Assembly (NCBI GenBank): GCA_022822215.1
Contig: JAJECD010000236.1
Coordinates: 1-35,788 of the forward strand
DNA from: Candidatus Poribacteria bacterium
GTDB taxonomy: Bacteria; Poribacteria; WGA-4E; WGA-3G
DNA: 35,788 nucleotides
Direction of reading: 5' to 3'
Every line of letters begins with the position of its first letter. Within the stretch, counting starts at the first letter, position 1. The notes below the pieces were generated by a model. That model saw nothing but the letters and a program-made list of their open reading frames with translations, was not told the origin of the DNA and made no database searches. Both the position numbers and the translations under genes were made by a program. Below are positions 20,165 to 29,673 of the stretch, piece by piece.

Positions 20165-21289
20165 ATGAAGATTACTGGATTTGAAACGATACCCATTCAA
20201 GGTCGGGCGATGATCTTGAAAATGTTCACTGACGAAGGAATCATCGGCTACGGTGAACCGATGAACTACGAGCATTGGCGCGTCGTTGCACAAGCCGTAG
20301 ATGACATGGCGGCATACCTTGTTGGCAAGGACCCACTACAGATTGAAGCACACTGGCAGGCGATGTACAGATCAAGCTATAGCCGAAGCATGCCGGCGTT
20401 GGTCGGTGCCCTGAGTGGGATTGAGATGGCGATGTGGGATGTGTTCGGTAAGGTCGTCGGGATGCCGGTGTGGAAGTTATTAGGCGGTTCGGTGCGGGAT
20501 CGGATTCGCGTTTATACCGGTATAGGTGGCACAACACCTGAGGGATGTGCGAAGCGCGCGAAAAAAGCAGTTGAAACTGGTTTTCGTGCAGTAAAGATGG
20601 GAGCTTCGCCTCAGCCTGTCCGGTTTGTTGATACCCCAAAGGCGATTGACACGATGGTAGCACGGGTGGCAGCGGTGCGCGAGGCAGTGGGTGATGAGGT
20701 CGATATTGCTGTTGATCTGCATAGACGTTTGAGTCCAACGATGGCTGTCATCTTAGTAAAGGAATTAGAACCCTTCCGTCTCTTGTTTGCCGAGGAGCCC
20801 TGCCATCCGGAAAACAATGAACCACTGTTGACGTTGTCCCGCTCTACAACGGTGCCAATCGCGACCGGTGAACGGCATTTGACGAGGTGGGGTTTCAGAG
20901 AGGTAATCGAGCGTGAGATGTGCGCAATTTTGCAACCCGATATCCGACACTGCGGTGGGATACTGGAACTGAAAAAGATCGCGGCGATGGCGGAAATCCA
21001 CAATATGGCGGTCGCACCGCACAACGCCGCCGGTCCTATCGGGGTTGCAGCATCGGTACACGCGATGGCAACAGTGCCGAATTTGTTGATATGCGAGGGC
21101 GGACATCGGCGCGGAGAAGGGGTGTTTCAGACGCCTTTGGTGTTCAAAGATGGATTCATCGAACTTCCGACAGCCCCTGGACTCGGTGTGGATATGGACG
21201 ACGCAGCTATTGAGGCAATCCGGGATGAGACGTTTCGGTTGCGTGGGATGTTCTGGCACACAGACGATGGTGCTTTTGCAGATTACTAA
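20165..21289 (+). CDS. Galactonate dehydratase (DgoD)-like enolase superfamily protein
   Basis: TDEGIIGYGE, AVKM, VDLH, FAEEP, ATGERH, LQPD, APHN. Confidence 0.92.
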   Translation: MKITGFETIPIQGRAMILKMFTDEGIIGYGEPMNYEHWRVVAQAVDDMAAYLVGKDPLQIEAHWQAMYRSSYSRSMPALVGALSGIEMAMWDVFGKVVGMPVWKLLGGSVRDRIRVYTGIGGTTPEGCAKRAKKAVETGFRAVKMGASPQPVRFVDTPKAIDTMVARVAAVREAVGDEVDIAVDLHRRLSPTMAVILVKELEPFRLLFAEEPCHPENNEPLLTLSRSTTVPIATGERHLTRWGFREVIEREMCAILQPDIRHCGGILELKKIAAMAEIHNMAVAPHNAAGPIGVAASVHAMATVPNLLICEGGHRRGEGVFQTPLVFKDGFIELPTAPGLGVDMDDAAIEAIRDETFRLRGMFWHTDDGAFADY

Positions 21290-21311
21290 TCGTGTATCTT
21301 TGCGTAACACT

Positions 21312-21602
21312 TCAGGTCATTTTATTTCGATCCGTCGGGCGCGTTGAGAGGTTCGTTTTTGGGGGGATATCCCATGAGATGTGTCCGCAGCGTGGGCATC
21401 GCATCTCAAATTCGACGAGATTTCTGACAGTGCCTGTTTTTTCCGGTTTCCGTCGGGTTTGGCATTGCGGACACCGCACAGCACGGAATTCATCGGCATC
21501 GCTTTTGCCAAAGTAAGCACTGATCTTAAAGAGAATAAGTAGCAACACAACAATGAAAAAGCAAACGAGGCTGAAGATGAGAAAAGGGACAAGCGTTGGC
21601 AT
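21312..21602 (-). CDS. Small membrane-anchored Zn-ribbon protein
   Basis: N-terminal hydrophobic helix, then CPQC...CPRC; GAGG RBS. Confidence 0.7.
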   Translation of the reverse strand: MPTLVPFLIFSLVCFFIVVLLLILFKISAYFGKSDADEFRAVRCPQCQTRRKPEKTGTVRNLVEFEMRCPRCGHISWDIPPKTNLSTRPTDRNKMT

Positions 21603-21657
21603 GTGGCTTTCCTCACAAGAGTTAAGGCTGGAAAATAAATGTGGTTGTCGGTCCGCG

Positions 21658-22227
21658 TTAATCTGTCAGCAGTATGAGCGGCTTAACAGAATTCTGACGA
21701 TATGTGGCTTCTGTGACATTGTCGGCAAAGAAAGGGGCGAAAAATGCGTCAGCGATTTCCAAGAATGCGGGTAAGTCGAGTCCCATATAGTTCCCTAAAG
21801 CATCGTCACATTCAACAATAACTTGCCGTAATTTATCCCGTCCGGCAGTAGAAAGGGTGCGCAATGGGCGCAGCATTCGCATGTGATGTTTGATGAGGGA
21901 TGCTGAAACCTGAATCAACCCTTGAAGAAAAAGACGATACGTATCCTCTGCTTGGTGCCATAATCCTTCCCACGCTTCATGTGCTTCCCACCAGTAGGCA
22001 AAGTTGTACAAATCTACGCCGTAGCGGTAATCCTCATTTTCCTGCCAGCGTTCTGGCGGTAACGGATTATCATCGTGTTCTTCTTCGAGTCCATAACTGT
22101 GTCCGCGCGGATCTCGGATGGGATGCGGTGTGATGCCCGGGATATGCCTATACGGCGGGAACGGTTTTTCTGGGCAGTATCGATGCCAATTTGCATCAAA
22201 AGGTTCGGGTTGTTTAATAGTGTCCAT
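21658..22227 (-). CDS. DUF309 family protein
   Basis: GVDLYN..YWWEAHEAWEGLW and FLQGLIQ. Confidence 0.88.
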   Translation of the reverse strand: MDTIKQPEPFDANWHRYCPEKPFPPYRHIPGITPHPIRDPRGHSYGLEEEHDDNPLPPERWQENEDYRYGVDLYNFAYWWEAHEAWEGLWHQAEDTYRLFLQGLIQVSASLIKHHMRMLRPLRTLSTAGRDKLRQVIVECDDALGNYMGLDLPAFLEIADAFFAPFFADNVTEATYRQNSVKPLILLTD

Positions 22228-22242
22228 GTCGTCAGCGGTATT

Positions 22243-23622
22243 CTATATTCTGCCGACCCCGATGTAGTGAAAACCCGCGGCTCTTGCTTCTGCCGGTGAA
22301 TAGACATTGCGTCCATCAATGAGGATGGGTGTCTTCATCTGCTTGGCGAGTTTACGGAGTTGAAGCCTGTGGTAGAGATTCCATTCAGTGACAAGCACTA
22401 ACGCGTCTGCATCGTAGGCGAGCGCGTCTATATCTTCTGTGAAGTACAGGTTAGTGTTAGCAGACGGATCCTTTCCCCTTAAAGCACGCTGCGCATTTTC
22501 AATAGCGATCGGGTCGTGTGCACGAACAGTCGCACCTGCAGCAATGAGCTCGCGAATAATGTCAAGCGATGGCGCTTCTCTCACGTCATCCGTGTTGGGC
22601 TTGAAGGCGAGACCGAGGATACCGATAGTTTTACCTTTGAGTGTCTTCAGGACCCCTCGCAATTTTTCGATGATATGCGCGCGTTGGCGAAAATTAACGG
22701 TACGTGCAGCTTCTGTGATGGGCATCTCGTATCCGGATTGCACTGCGACTCCTAACAACGCTGAAGTATCTTTAGGGTAACAACTCCCACCCCAACCGAG
22801 GCCTGCTTGGAGGAACCGCTTTCCGATGCGAGTATCGAGTCCAATACCGCGCGCGACCTCCGTCACGTCTGCATTCACCTTTTCACAGAGTCCTGCAATT
22901 TCGTTGATAAAACTGATTTTGAGCGCGAGGAATGTGTTCGCAGCGTATTTAATCATCTCAGCACTGTTTGGATCGGTTGTCATCATCGGTGGGAGGTGGT
23001 AAGCCGATGGTCGTGGAAATTCACTCGGTGGATCAAACGTCTGTTCGAGAATCGGTTTATAGAGGCGACGTAATGTATCGACAGCTTTTTCACTATTTGC
23101 ACCGACGACGATCCGATCGGGATACAGTGCGCCTTGTAAGGCTAAACCTTCTTGTAGGAACTCCGGATTTGAAGCGACAGACACATTTCCCTGAATCCCA
23201 CGTGTCGAAAAAACAGACTCGACAACCTTAGCGACACGTTGGTTGGTGCCGATGGGGACAGTGGACTTAACGACAAGCGTATAGTGTCTATCGGGCAGAC
23301 AGACTTCTGCCACTTCTCTCGCCGCCTGTTCAACGTGCTGCGTATCGGCTTCCCCGTTCTTTTTCGGGGGCGTTCCGACAGCAATCAGAATCAGCTCTGC
23401 ATCCGGCACAACTTCAGCCACACTGGGTGTAAAGCGGATAGCGTGCTGCACCATTTCAAGCAGACCTTGGATGCCGGGTTCGTGGATCGGGCTTTTCCCT
23501 TCGTGTAGGAGGTCTAACTTGCTTTCGTCTTTCTCTACTACGGCGACATCATGATTAAGGTAAGCGAGTACAACAGCCGTGGTCAACCCGACGTATCCTG
23601 CACCTATAATTGCAATTTTCAT
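22243..23622 (-). CDS. ugd: UDP-glucose 6-dehydrogenase
   Basis: MKIAIIGAGYVG, KSTVP, NPEFL, IKYAAN, GGSCYPKD, GLAFKPNTDD. Confidence 0.93.
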   Translation of the reverse strand: MKIAIIGAGYVGLTTAVVLAYLNHDVAVVEKDESKLDLLHEGKSPIHEPGIQGLLEMVQHAIRFTPSVAEVVPDAELILIAVGTPPKKNGEADTQHVEQAAREVAEVCLPDRHYTLVVKSTVPIGTNQRVAKVVESVFSTRGIQGNVSVASNPEFLQEGLALQGALYPDRIVVGANSEKAVDTLRRLYKPILEQTFDPPSEFPRPSAYHLPPMMTTDPNSAEMIKYAANTFLALKISFINEIAGLCEKVNADVTEVARGIGLDTRIGKRFLQAGLGWGGSCYPKDTSALLGVAVQSGYEMPITEAARTVNFRQRAHIIEKLRGVLKTLKGKTIGILGLAFKPNTDDVREAPSLDIIRELIAAGATVRAHDPIAIENAQRALRGKDPSANTNLYFTEDIDALAYDADALVLVTEWNLYHRLQLRKLAKQMKTPILIDGRNVYSPAEARAAGFHYIGVGRI

Positions 23623-23644
23623 TTTTTTTACTATCAAATATGGG

Positions 23645-23669
23645 CATCGTTCCACTTCGTTTCACGATG
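23645..23669. repeat. REP-like imperfect palindrome
   Basis: CATCGTtccacttcgtttcACGATG, located at the end of the nucleotidyltransferase remnant. Confidence 0.45.
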
Positions 23670-23823
23670 GTTTTGGGTTAATTCCAACCGGAATGGGAGC
23701 ATGAACAGTTATTAAGAGTCTATAACTAACAACACATCCACCGATGAGAAGATATTTAACTTGGTATGAATTTAGCAATCTCAAGAACTCTTTGAAGTCG
23801 CTCGGTAGTTGGATCGTAGCCAT
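23662..23823 (-). pseudogene. Truncated nucleotidyltransferase-family gene (N-terminal fragment, not in the ORF track)
   Basis: Translates as MATIQLPSDFKEFLRLLNSYQVKYLLIGGCVVSY..., matching the DFKEFL...VxYLLIGGxAV start of this family. It diverges before the DxD motif and stops after 53 aa. Confidence 0.7.
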
Positions 23824-23992
23824 AGTTAATCTGCCGCATCAATTCGAGGGCTGCCATACGCTCTTGGGGCGTTTTAGAATGCCAATAGGCTTTGTCAACT
23901 TCGTCCGTTTCTTCAAAGGAGGACATCACAGAAAATGCTTCCTTATCCACTCTAAAACTATCAATTGCTCGCATTGTTCTCATACCTTTCAT
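23756..23992 (-). CDS. Small protein typically encoded upstream of nucleotidyltransferases (putative TA partner)
   Basis: YWHSKTPQERMAALELMRQINYGY...RLQRVLE; overlaps the NTase fragment. Confidence 0.7.
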   Translation of the reverse strand: MKGMRTMRAIDSFRVDKEAFSVMSSFEETDEVDKAYWHSKTPQERMAALELMRQINYGYDPTTERLQRVLEIAKFIPS

Positions 23993-25012
23993 TTATTCAA
24001 TAGGTGGTGGTTCGACGTTTTCCAGCAATCTATTGATAATATCTAAACTTGTAATACCGTCAGCCTCAGCGTTGAAATTCGTCAAAATTCGGTGGCGTAG
24101 GACGGGGATCGCAACCGCCTTGATATCCTCATAAGAAACGTGATAGCGTCCGTGGAGAATGGCGCGCGCCTTCGCACCGAGCACCAGATATTGCGATGCT
24201 CGGGGCCCGGCTCCCCATTGGACCCAATCTTGAATGAAGTCGTATGCATCTGGAGCAGGACGCGTCTGCCGATTCAACTCCACGGCATACTCTACGATCG
24301 CCTCGGCAATAGGGACTTTCCGGACGACCTGCTGTATTTGTAATACCTCTTCTCCAGTGATAACAGCGTTGATTTCGGGTTCATAAGCCGCTGTTGTTGT
24401 CATCACAATCTCTTTTTCAGAAGTTTTGTCTGGATAATCAAGCGTGATATGGAACATAAAGCGATCAAGCTGCGCTTCGGGGAGTGGGTAAGTCCCTTCT
24501 TGTTCAATTGGGTTCTGTGTCGCTAAAACAAAAAACGGACGTTCCAAGAAATAGGTTCTACCGCCTGCGGTGACCTGATATTCTTGCATGGCTTGTAAAA
24601 GTGCGGCTTGTGTTTTCGGGGGTGTTCGGTTGATTTCATCGGCGAGAACGATATTGGCAAACACGGGCCCCTTAATGAATCGGAAGGCGCGCTTACCTGT
24701 TCCATCTTCTTCAATAATATCGGTCCCGATAATGTCGGATGGCATTAGGTCTGGTGTAAATTGGATGCGGTTAAATGGCAATTTGAGAATCTGTGCGAAT
24801 GTGCTAATTAACAGCGTTTTTGCCAACCCGGGCACCCCGACGAGTAAGCAGTGTCCCTGCGAAAAGAGCGCGATAAGGAGCTGCTCGATAACCTCGTTTT
24901 GTCCAATGATGCGTTTTTTGAGTTCGGTTAGGATATTTTCTTTCGCTGTTTTTAGTGTTTCAGCGACTTCTATATCGGTTGCAGCGTGCGTGTCGGGCAT
25001 GTCGTTTTTCAT
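23993..25012 (-). CDS. moxR: MoxR-family AAA+ ATPase
   Basis: GVPGLAKT, RIQFTPDLMPSD, LADEINR, ATQNPIEQEGTYPLPEAQLDRF. Confidence 0.95.
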   Translation of the reverse strand: MKNDMPDTHAATDIEVAETLKTAKENILTELKKRIIGQNEVIEQLLIALFSQGHCLLVGVPGLAKTLLISTFAQILKLPFNRIQFTPDLMPSDIIGTDIIEEDGTGKRAFRFIKGPVFANIVLADEINRTPPKTQAALLQAMQEYQVTAGGRTYFLERPFFVLATQNPIEQEGTYPLPEAQLDRFMFHITLDYPDKTSEKEIVMTTTAAYEPEINAVITGEEVLQIQQVVRKVPIAEAIVEYAVELNRQTRPAPDAYDFIQDWVQWGAGPRASQYLVLGAKARAILHGRYHVSYEDIKAVAIPVLRHRILTNFNAEADGITSLDIINRLLENVEPPPIE

Positions 25013-25030
25013 ATATTTAAGATATAAGGT

Positions 25031-26089
25031 TTAGTCGTTTGAGACTCTCCACATCTGGAGTCCATCGAAATCGAAGTTAACATCAATAACGCGTGCCCCA
25101 GCATCTTCGAGTTTCTGGCGCACACTATGTTCGCGTGTCGGTTCACAGTAGAACAGGAGACACCCTCCACCACCGGCACCACACGCTTTTCCGCCGATAG
25201 CACCGTGTGCTGTTGCGATTTTGAAAAGCTGCTCAATCTGCTCATTTGTAACAGAGGAGTGTAATTTTTTCTGATTCTGCCAATTTTGGGTGAGGAGTTC
25301 GCCGAATTCAGTTAGGCGCCCTCGCATCAGTGCCGTTTTGGTCGCCTCAGCCGTGGTTTTGAGAGTTTCCAACGCGTCGCGAACACTTGGATCCGCGCTT
25401 TTGTAGGCGGTTGTCACGTTCTGGTGGATGTTGCCCGAGAGTCTCGATTTCCCAGTATAACAGAGAACGAGGTTTTTTTCAAGTTCGTAGCGAATGGGGG
25501 GAGAGAGTCTCAACAGGGAGGTTTTGACCTCTTCTCCTTGGAATTCCATAAAGTGAATACCGCCGAGGGCACTGGCGTACTGGTCTTGTTTTCCACCGAG
25601 TATACCGAGTTCATGGCGTTCGATAGTGCTGGCGAGTTCGGCGTATTCGTAGGGGAGATAGGTGGCTTCTTTGAGCGCGCCGAGGACGCTAACGAGGGCA
25701 ACCCCCATTGCTGCCGAAGTTCCCAATCCACTTCCAGGAGGGGCGTTCGACTGTGTGATCAGGTCAAATCCACCGATCTGTATGGACATTCGCCGGACCG
25801 CTGCCTTGACTAAATCAATGTTTCCATCGTATTCGAGTTGACGTACATCGTCGGCTTCAATGAAGGTATCGAAATCTGCGGAATAGATACGAATACTTTT
25901 ATCTAAAATCCGCTGTAATTCAACGGAATCGTCCTGCATTGTCTGGCGTTCACAGCGGAGCGTTGCATAAGCATATCGATTGATCGCTCCGTTAACGACC
26001 AACCCCTTTGAATGCTCGGTGAATAAAGCTACGTCGCTCCACCCTCCAGCAAAGTCAATTCGGACTGGAGCTCTCGCTCGGATTAGCAT
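25031..26089 (-). CDS. GHMP sugar kinase, HddA-like (heptose-7-phosphate kinase family)
   Basis: RAPVRIDFAGGWSD, PPGSGLGTS, GGKQDQYA, GAGGGG. ATG 26089 preferred. Confidence 0.88.
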   Translation of the reverse strand: MLIRARAPVRIDFAGGWSDVALFTEHSKGLVVNGAINRYAYATLRCERQTMQDDSVELQRILDKSIRIYSADFDTFIEADDVRQLEYDGNIDLVKAAVRRMSIQIGGFDLITQSNAPPGSGLGTSAAMGVALVSVLGALKEATYLPYEYAELASTIERHELGILGGKQDQYASALGGIHFMEFQGEEVKTSLLRLSPPIRYELEKNLVLCYTGKSRLSGNIHQNVTTAYKSADPSVRDALETLKTTAEATKTALMRGRLTEFGELLTQNWQNQKKLHSSVTNEQIEQLFKIATAHGAIGGKACGAGGGGCLLFYCEPTREHSVRQKLEDAGARVIDVNFDFDGLQMWRVSND

Positions 26090-26330
26090 GACGAGTCTCC
26101 TGACATCGGGTTTTATGAGCACGCTTGCAAAGAATATCTATAAATAATGCGGAAGAATAAACAAGCGAAACTACAGATCCGGCAAACCGGCAATAGACAT
26201 GTTCCCCTGCAAAGGATAATGAAAGCAAAAATTGTGGTAATAGTGAGCCGATGATCGTATTGAAATATCTTGCAAAGGCAGTCTCTGTCGAGAAAGTGGT
26301 AAAAAAGCGTTGGTGATAGATGTAACGCGG

Positions 26331-26381
26331 AAAAGCCGCAGCTACCCCGATTCGGAAACGGGGCATAGCCCCGCGGCTTTT
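26331..26381. terminator. Long GC-rich hairpin downstream of hup (possible bidirectional terminator)
   Basis: AAAAGCCGC/GCGGCTTTT outer stem with inner GCTA/TAGC and CCCCG/CGGGG pairings. Confidence 0.6.
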
Positions 26382-26405
26382 CCCAGAAACTGAGCGAAAT
26401 AACCG

Positions 26406-26693
26406 CTAATCTGAGGAAGTAGCGTCGCGAAGCTTCTTACCAGCTTTGAAGACAGGGACTATCTTCTCGGGGATACTGAGCGGTTCGCCAGTCTGTGGAT
26501 TGCGACCTGTGCGAGCTGGCCGAACTTTGGCTTCAAATGTTCCGAAACCGATCAACCCAACAGAATCGCCGTTACTCAAAGCATCGCAAATAGTCGCAGC
26601 AAAAGCATCAACAGCGGCGGTTGCGTCTTTTTTGCTAAGACCGGCCTGTTCGACGATACTGCTGACGACATCGTTCTTCATTAATTTTGCCAT
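26406..26693 (-). CDS. hup: DNA-binding protein HU
   Basis: GFGTF, RTGRNPQTG, PVFKAGKKL; AGAGG RBS before ATG 26693. Confidence 0.95.
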   Translation of the reverse strand: MAKLMKNDVVSSIVEQAGLSKKDATAAVDAFAATICDALSNGDSVGLIGFGTFEAKVRPARTGRNPQTGEPLSIPEKIVPVFKAGKKLRDATSSD

Positions 26694-26808
26694 GTTAAAT
26701 GTTCCTCTAATTTTCAGCCCGAGCCAGAAAACGGGGCATCTGCCAAACAACGGTTCTCCCACATCGAGCGTAAATTGGATTTAGCAAAAAACTAATAGTA
26801 GTAATTAT

Positions 26809-26837
26809 ATTATACTATACAGATATAGATATGTCAA
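26809..26837 (-). promoter_or_regulatory. Consensus sigma70 promoter of hup
   Basis: Minus strand TTGACA-17 nt-TATAAT. Confidence 0.8.
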
Positions 26838-27199
26838 GATAAAATGCAGTTAATGTCAGAATTAGCTAGAATTATGGGGCGAAAATATCAAGAACTATCC
26901 CCGAAGCTGCCTTATAGAAACAGAAACCCAGCTAACTGGAGCCATTACAATTATCTATAGAAGCGATTTTTTGACGCTCGGAAGAGAGCTAACTGAAAAC
27001 TAAATGACTCTACCATTTAGCGAAGTTAACCTGACATAATACATAAGGTTTCTTAAAATTAATACCATAGATTGCGGAATTTGTCAAATTTTTTTGCTTT
27101 AAAGCCGTAAAGCATTTGATTAAATCAAATTTTTAGCGGAATGATTTAATTTTCAACGGATCCTTTACCTGCCTATGCGGAGTGGCTTTACCGAAATAT

Positions 27200-27229
27200 T
27201 TGCTTTAAGCGGTATGTTTGTGGTAAAAT
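27200..27229 (+). promoter_or_regulatory. Putative sigma70 promoter of asd-mtnK
   Basis: TTGCTT-18 nt-TAAAAT with a TG extension. Confidence 0.5.
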
Positions 27230-27289
27230 TATAAGATATAGTTTACTGAAGGTTCCGCTTGAATAACACAATAAAGGAAAATATCAAAA

Positions 27290-28291
27290 ATGCATGAAAG
27301 TTACCGTGTAGCGGTTGTAGGCGCGACCGGCGCTGTCGGCAACACGATGTTGCAAATTTTAGAAGAGCGAGGCTTCCCTATTGCCGCCTTGAAACTTCTG
27401 GCATCGCACCGTTCCGCTGGTGAGATTCTGTCCTTTAAAGATGCCCCGATTATCGTTGAAGAATTAACGCATGATTCCTTTGAAGATGTGGATGTTGTCT
27501 TTTCATCGGCGGGTGCGTCTGTGAGTCGCGAGTTCATGCCGACAGCTGTGGAAAAAGGAGCACTCGTTATTGACAATACAAGTGCCTTCCGTATGGACCC
27601 AGCCACCCCGTTGGTTGTCCCTGAAGTCAATATGGAGGCTGCCCGGACGCACAACGGGCTCATTGCCAATCCGAATTGTTCTACCATTCAGATGATGGTC
27701 GCACTTAAACCGATTTATGACGCTGTTGGCATCAAGAGAATCGTTGTTTCGACCTACCAGAGCGTCTCTGGCAAAAGTGGACGTGCTGTTATAGAATTAG
27801 TGCAGCAAACGAAGGACGCTCTTGAAGGCGTACCGGTTACTTTAGATAAATTTCCGCACCAAATGGCGTTCAATGTCGCGTTTGATTGGCCCTTTTTAGA
27901 TTGTGGAGACAATGAGGAAGAGGTCAAAATGATCAATGAGACTCGGAAAATACTTGAGGATAACACAATTGGTGTCTCTGCTACAACGGTTCGAGTTCCA
28001 GTTTTCTACGCACATTCTGAATCCATAAACGTCGAGACACACGGAAAACTCACCGCAGCTGAAGCGAGAGAATGTCTCGCCACAGCACCGGGGGTGAAAC
28101 TTCTGGATGATCCGAGTAATCAGCAGTACCCACTTGCTATAGATGCCGCAGGCAAAGACGATGTTTACGTAGGTAGGATCCGGGATGATGCCTCGATAGA
28201 AAACGGCTTGAATCTTTGGGTAGTCGCGGACAACCTACGGAAAGGTGCCGCCTTAAACGCTATTCAGATAGCTGAAAACCTGCTATTATAA
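27290..28291 (+). CDS. asd: Aspartate-semialdehyde dehydrogenase
   Basis: GATGAVG, ANPNCSTIQ, TYQSVSG, RVPVFYAHSE, DNLRKGAALNA. Confidence 0.96.
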   Translation: MHESYRVAVVGATGAVGNTMLQILEERGFPIAALKLLASHRSAGEILSFKDAPIIVEELTHDSFEDVDVVFSSAGASVSREFMPTAVEKGALVIDNTSAFRMDPATPLVVPEVNMEAARTHNGLIANPNCSTIQMMVALKPIYDAVGIKRIVVSTYQSVSGKSGRAVIELVQQTKDALEGVPVTLDKFPHQMAFNVAFDWPFLDCGDNEEEVKMINETRKILEDNTIGVSATTVRVPVFYAHSESINVETHGKLTAAEARECLATAPGVKLLDDPSNQQYPLAIDAAGKDDVYVGRIRDDASIENGLNLWVVADNLRKGAALNAIQIAENLLL

Positions 28292-28306
28292 TCGGTTCAA
28301 AAAGAT

Positions 28307-29443
28307 ATGGAACTCAACCTTGCGACTCTCCAAGACTATTTGCGTAGACAACGGGCGGAGATCGGCGTATTTGAACCTGACACGGAGTTCCATATAGAAG
28401 AGATCGGCGATGGCAATCTTAATACGGTCTATCGTGTCTCGGATATAACGCGCCCAGAGCATTCTCTCGTCTTGAAACACGCGCCACCCTACATTAAAAT
28501 ATTGGGTCCCGATTATCCCTTGTCCGTTGAACGCTTGACTTATGAATCCCGCGCCCTGGATGTTTACAATCGGTTGGTGAGGGGGACTGTGCCTGTGCAA
28601 TACAGCTTTGATGCAGATGTAGCGGTCATAGCGATGGAGGACCTTCGAGACGCACGTGTGCTACGAGATGATCTGATTGCTGGGACTGTGGATATCGCAA
28701 TTCCTGAACAGATTGGGCGGTTTATGGCGGTCGTGCATAGTCAGACGTATCTTGATAACCTTGATAGTGGGACCGCGCAGCGTTGTAAACAACAGTTTGC
28801 GAACACCACTATGCAGTCGATAACGACTGATTATGTGTTCACCTTTCCGTATACTGACCATGAGACGAACTTCTGGACCCCCGGGTTAGAACCTGACGTT
28901 CAGCAGTTAAAAACGGATACGGACTTTTTGGAGCGAGCCGCACATCTTAAACAGGTTTTCCTAACAGCGCAGCAAGGTGTCACCCATGGAGACCTACATA
29001 CAGGCAGTGTTCTGGTCCAAGGCGACACAGCCAAAGTTATTGATGCTGAATTTGCCTTTTACGGTCCTATAGGATTCGACCTCGGATTATTTTGGGCGAA
29101 TTATCTCTTATCTTATTTTTCGCATCAGGACGCTTTGCGTGTGCAATCGGCACTCAAAACGGCGATTGTGCAAACATGGCACGCCTATACTGCTGAATTC
29201 AAAATGATTGATGCAGATTTGAGGATGGAGACATTACAAAACGTCTTCTATGATGCTGTCGGCTTTGCAGGATTGGAAATGCTACGTCGTCTTGTGGGTG
29301 CCGCGCATGTCAAAGATATAGAAGGTATCGTTGATATGTCTCGGAAACTGCGTGTAGAAAGAGCTGCGCTTCAATTCGGAACGACCCTTGTTAAAAACCC
29401 TCAATCTTTTCAAGATGTTACAGCGATAATTGAGAGGCTTTGA
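28307..29443 (+). CDS. mtnK: S-methyl-5-thioribose kinase
   Basis: EIGDGNLN, HGDLHTGS, IDAEFAFYGP, RRLVGAAHVKD. Confidence 0.9.
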   Translation: MELNLATLQDYLRRQRAEIGVFEPDTEFHIEEIGDGNLNTVYRVSDITRPEHSLVLKHAPPYIKILGPDYPLSVERLTYESRALDVYNRLVRGTVPVQYSFDADVAVIAMEDLRDARVLRDDLIAGTVDIAIPEQIGRFMAVVHSQTYLDNLDSGTAQRCKQQFANTTMQSITTDYVFTFPYTDHETNFWTPGLEPDVQQLKTDTDFLERAAHLKQVFLTAQQGVTHGDLHTGSVLVQGDTAKVIDAEFAFYGPIGFDLGLFWANYLLSYFSHQDALRVQSALKTAIVQTWHAYTAEFKMIDADLRMETLQNVFYDAVGFAGLEMLRRLVGAAHVKDIEGIVDMSRKLRVERAALQFGTTLVKNPQSFQDVTAIIERL

Positions 29444-29547
29444 TCACAATCACAGTATCACTAAAAACTACGGATTGGAAGCCCAAAGATTTATCTTTGG
29501 TAGGAAAATCCGCCCTCTTGGAAAGGACCAAAGCGTTCATTTTTCCC

Positions 29548-29577
29548 TTGACGTTTGGTCTGAAATTGTGGTATAAT
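29548..29577 (+). promoter_or_regulatory. Strong internal promoter driving tnpB/omegaRNA
   Basis: TTGACG-18 nt-TATAAT with a TG extension. Confidence 0.7.
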
Positions 29578-29673
29578 AGTTATATCGTGTTGGCAAGCAT
29601 TATGAGCATTACCGCTTGGTAATGTGCTTGCCTCCCACTCATAAGGGGATAAAGGCACGATACACGATATACC

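Noticed and set aside
26055-26366. 103-aa ORF between hup and the kinase
   Set aside because: It starts inside the hairpin, overlaps the kinase start and has no recognisable motifs.
29440-29444. TTGAT (ISDra2-type) as the TAM
   Set aside because: It does not fit the GAAG guide and lies too far from the hairpin; TCAC at 29458-29461 fits both pairing and spacing.
29462-29673. IStron (group I intron) or tnpA in the left part of the element
   Set aside because: Only about 210 nt; no HUH/Y1 or serine-recombinase ORF; no recognisable group I core; the element ends in C rather than G.
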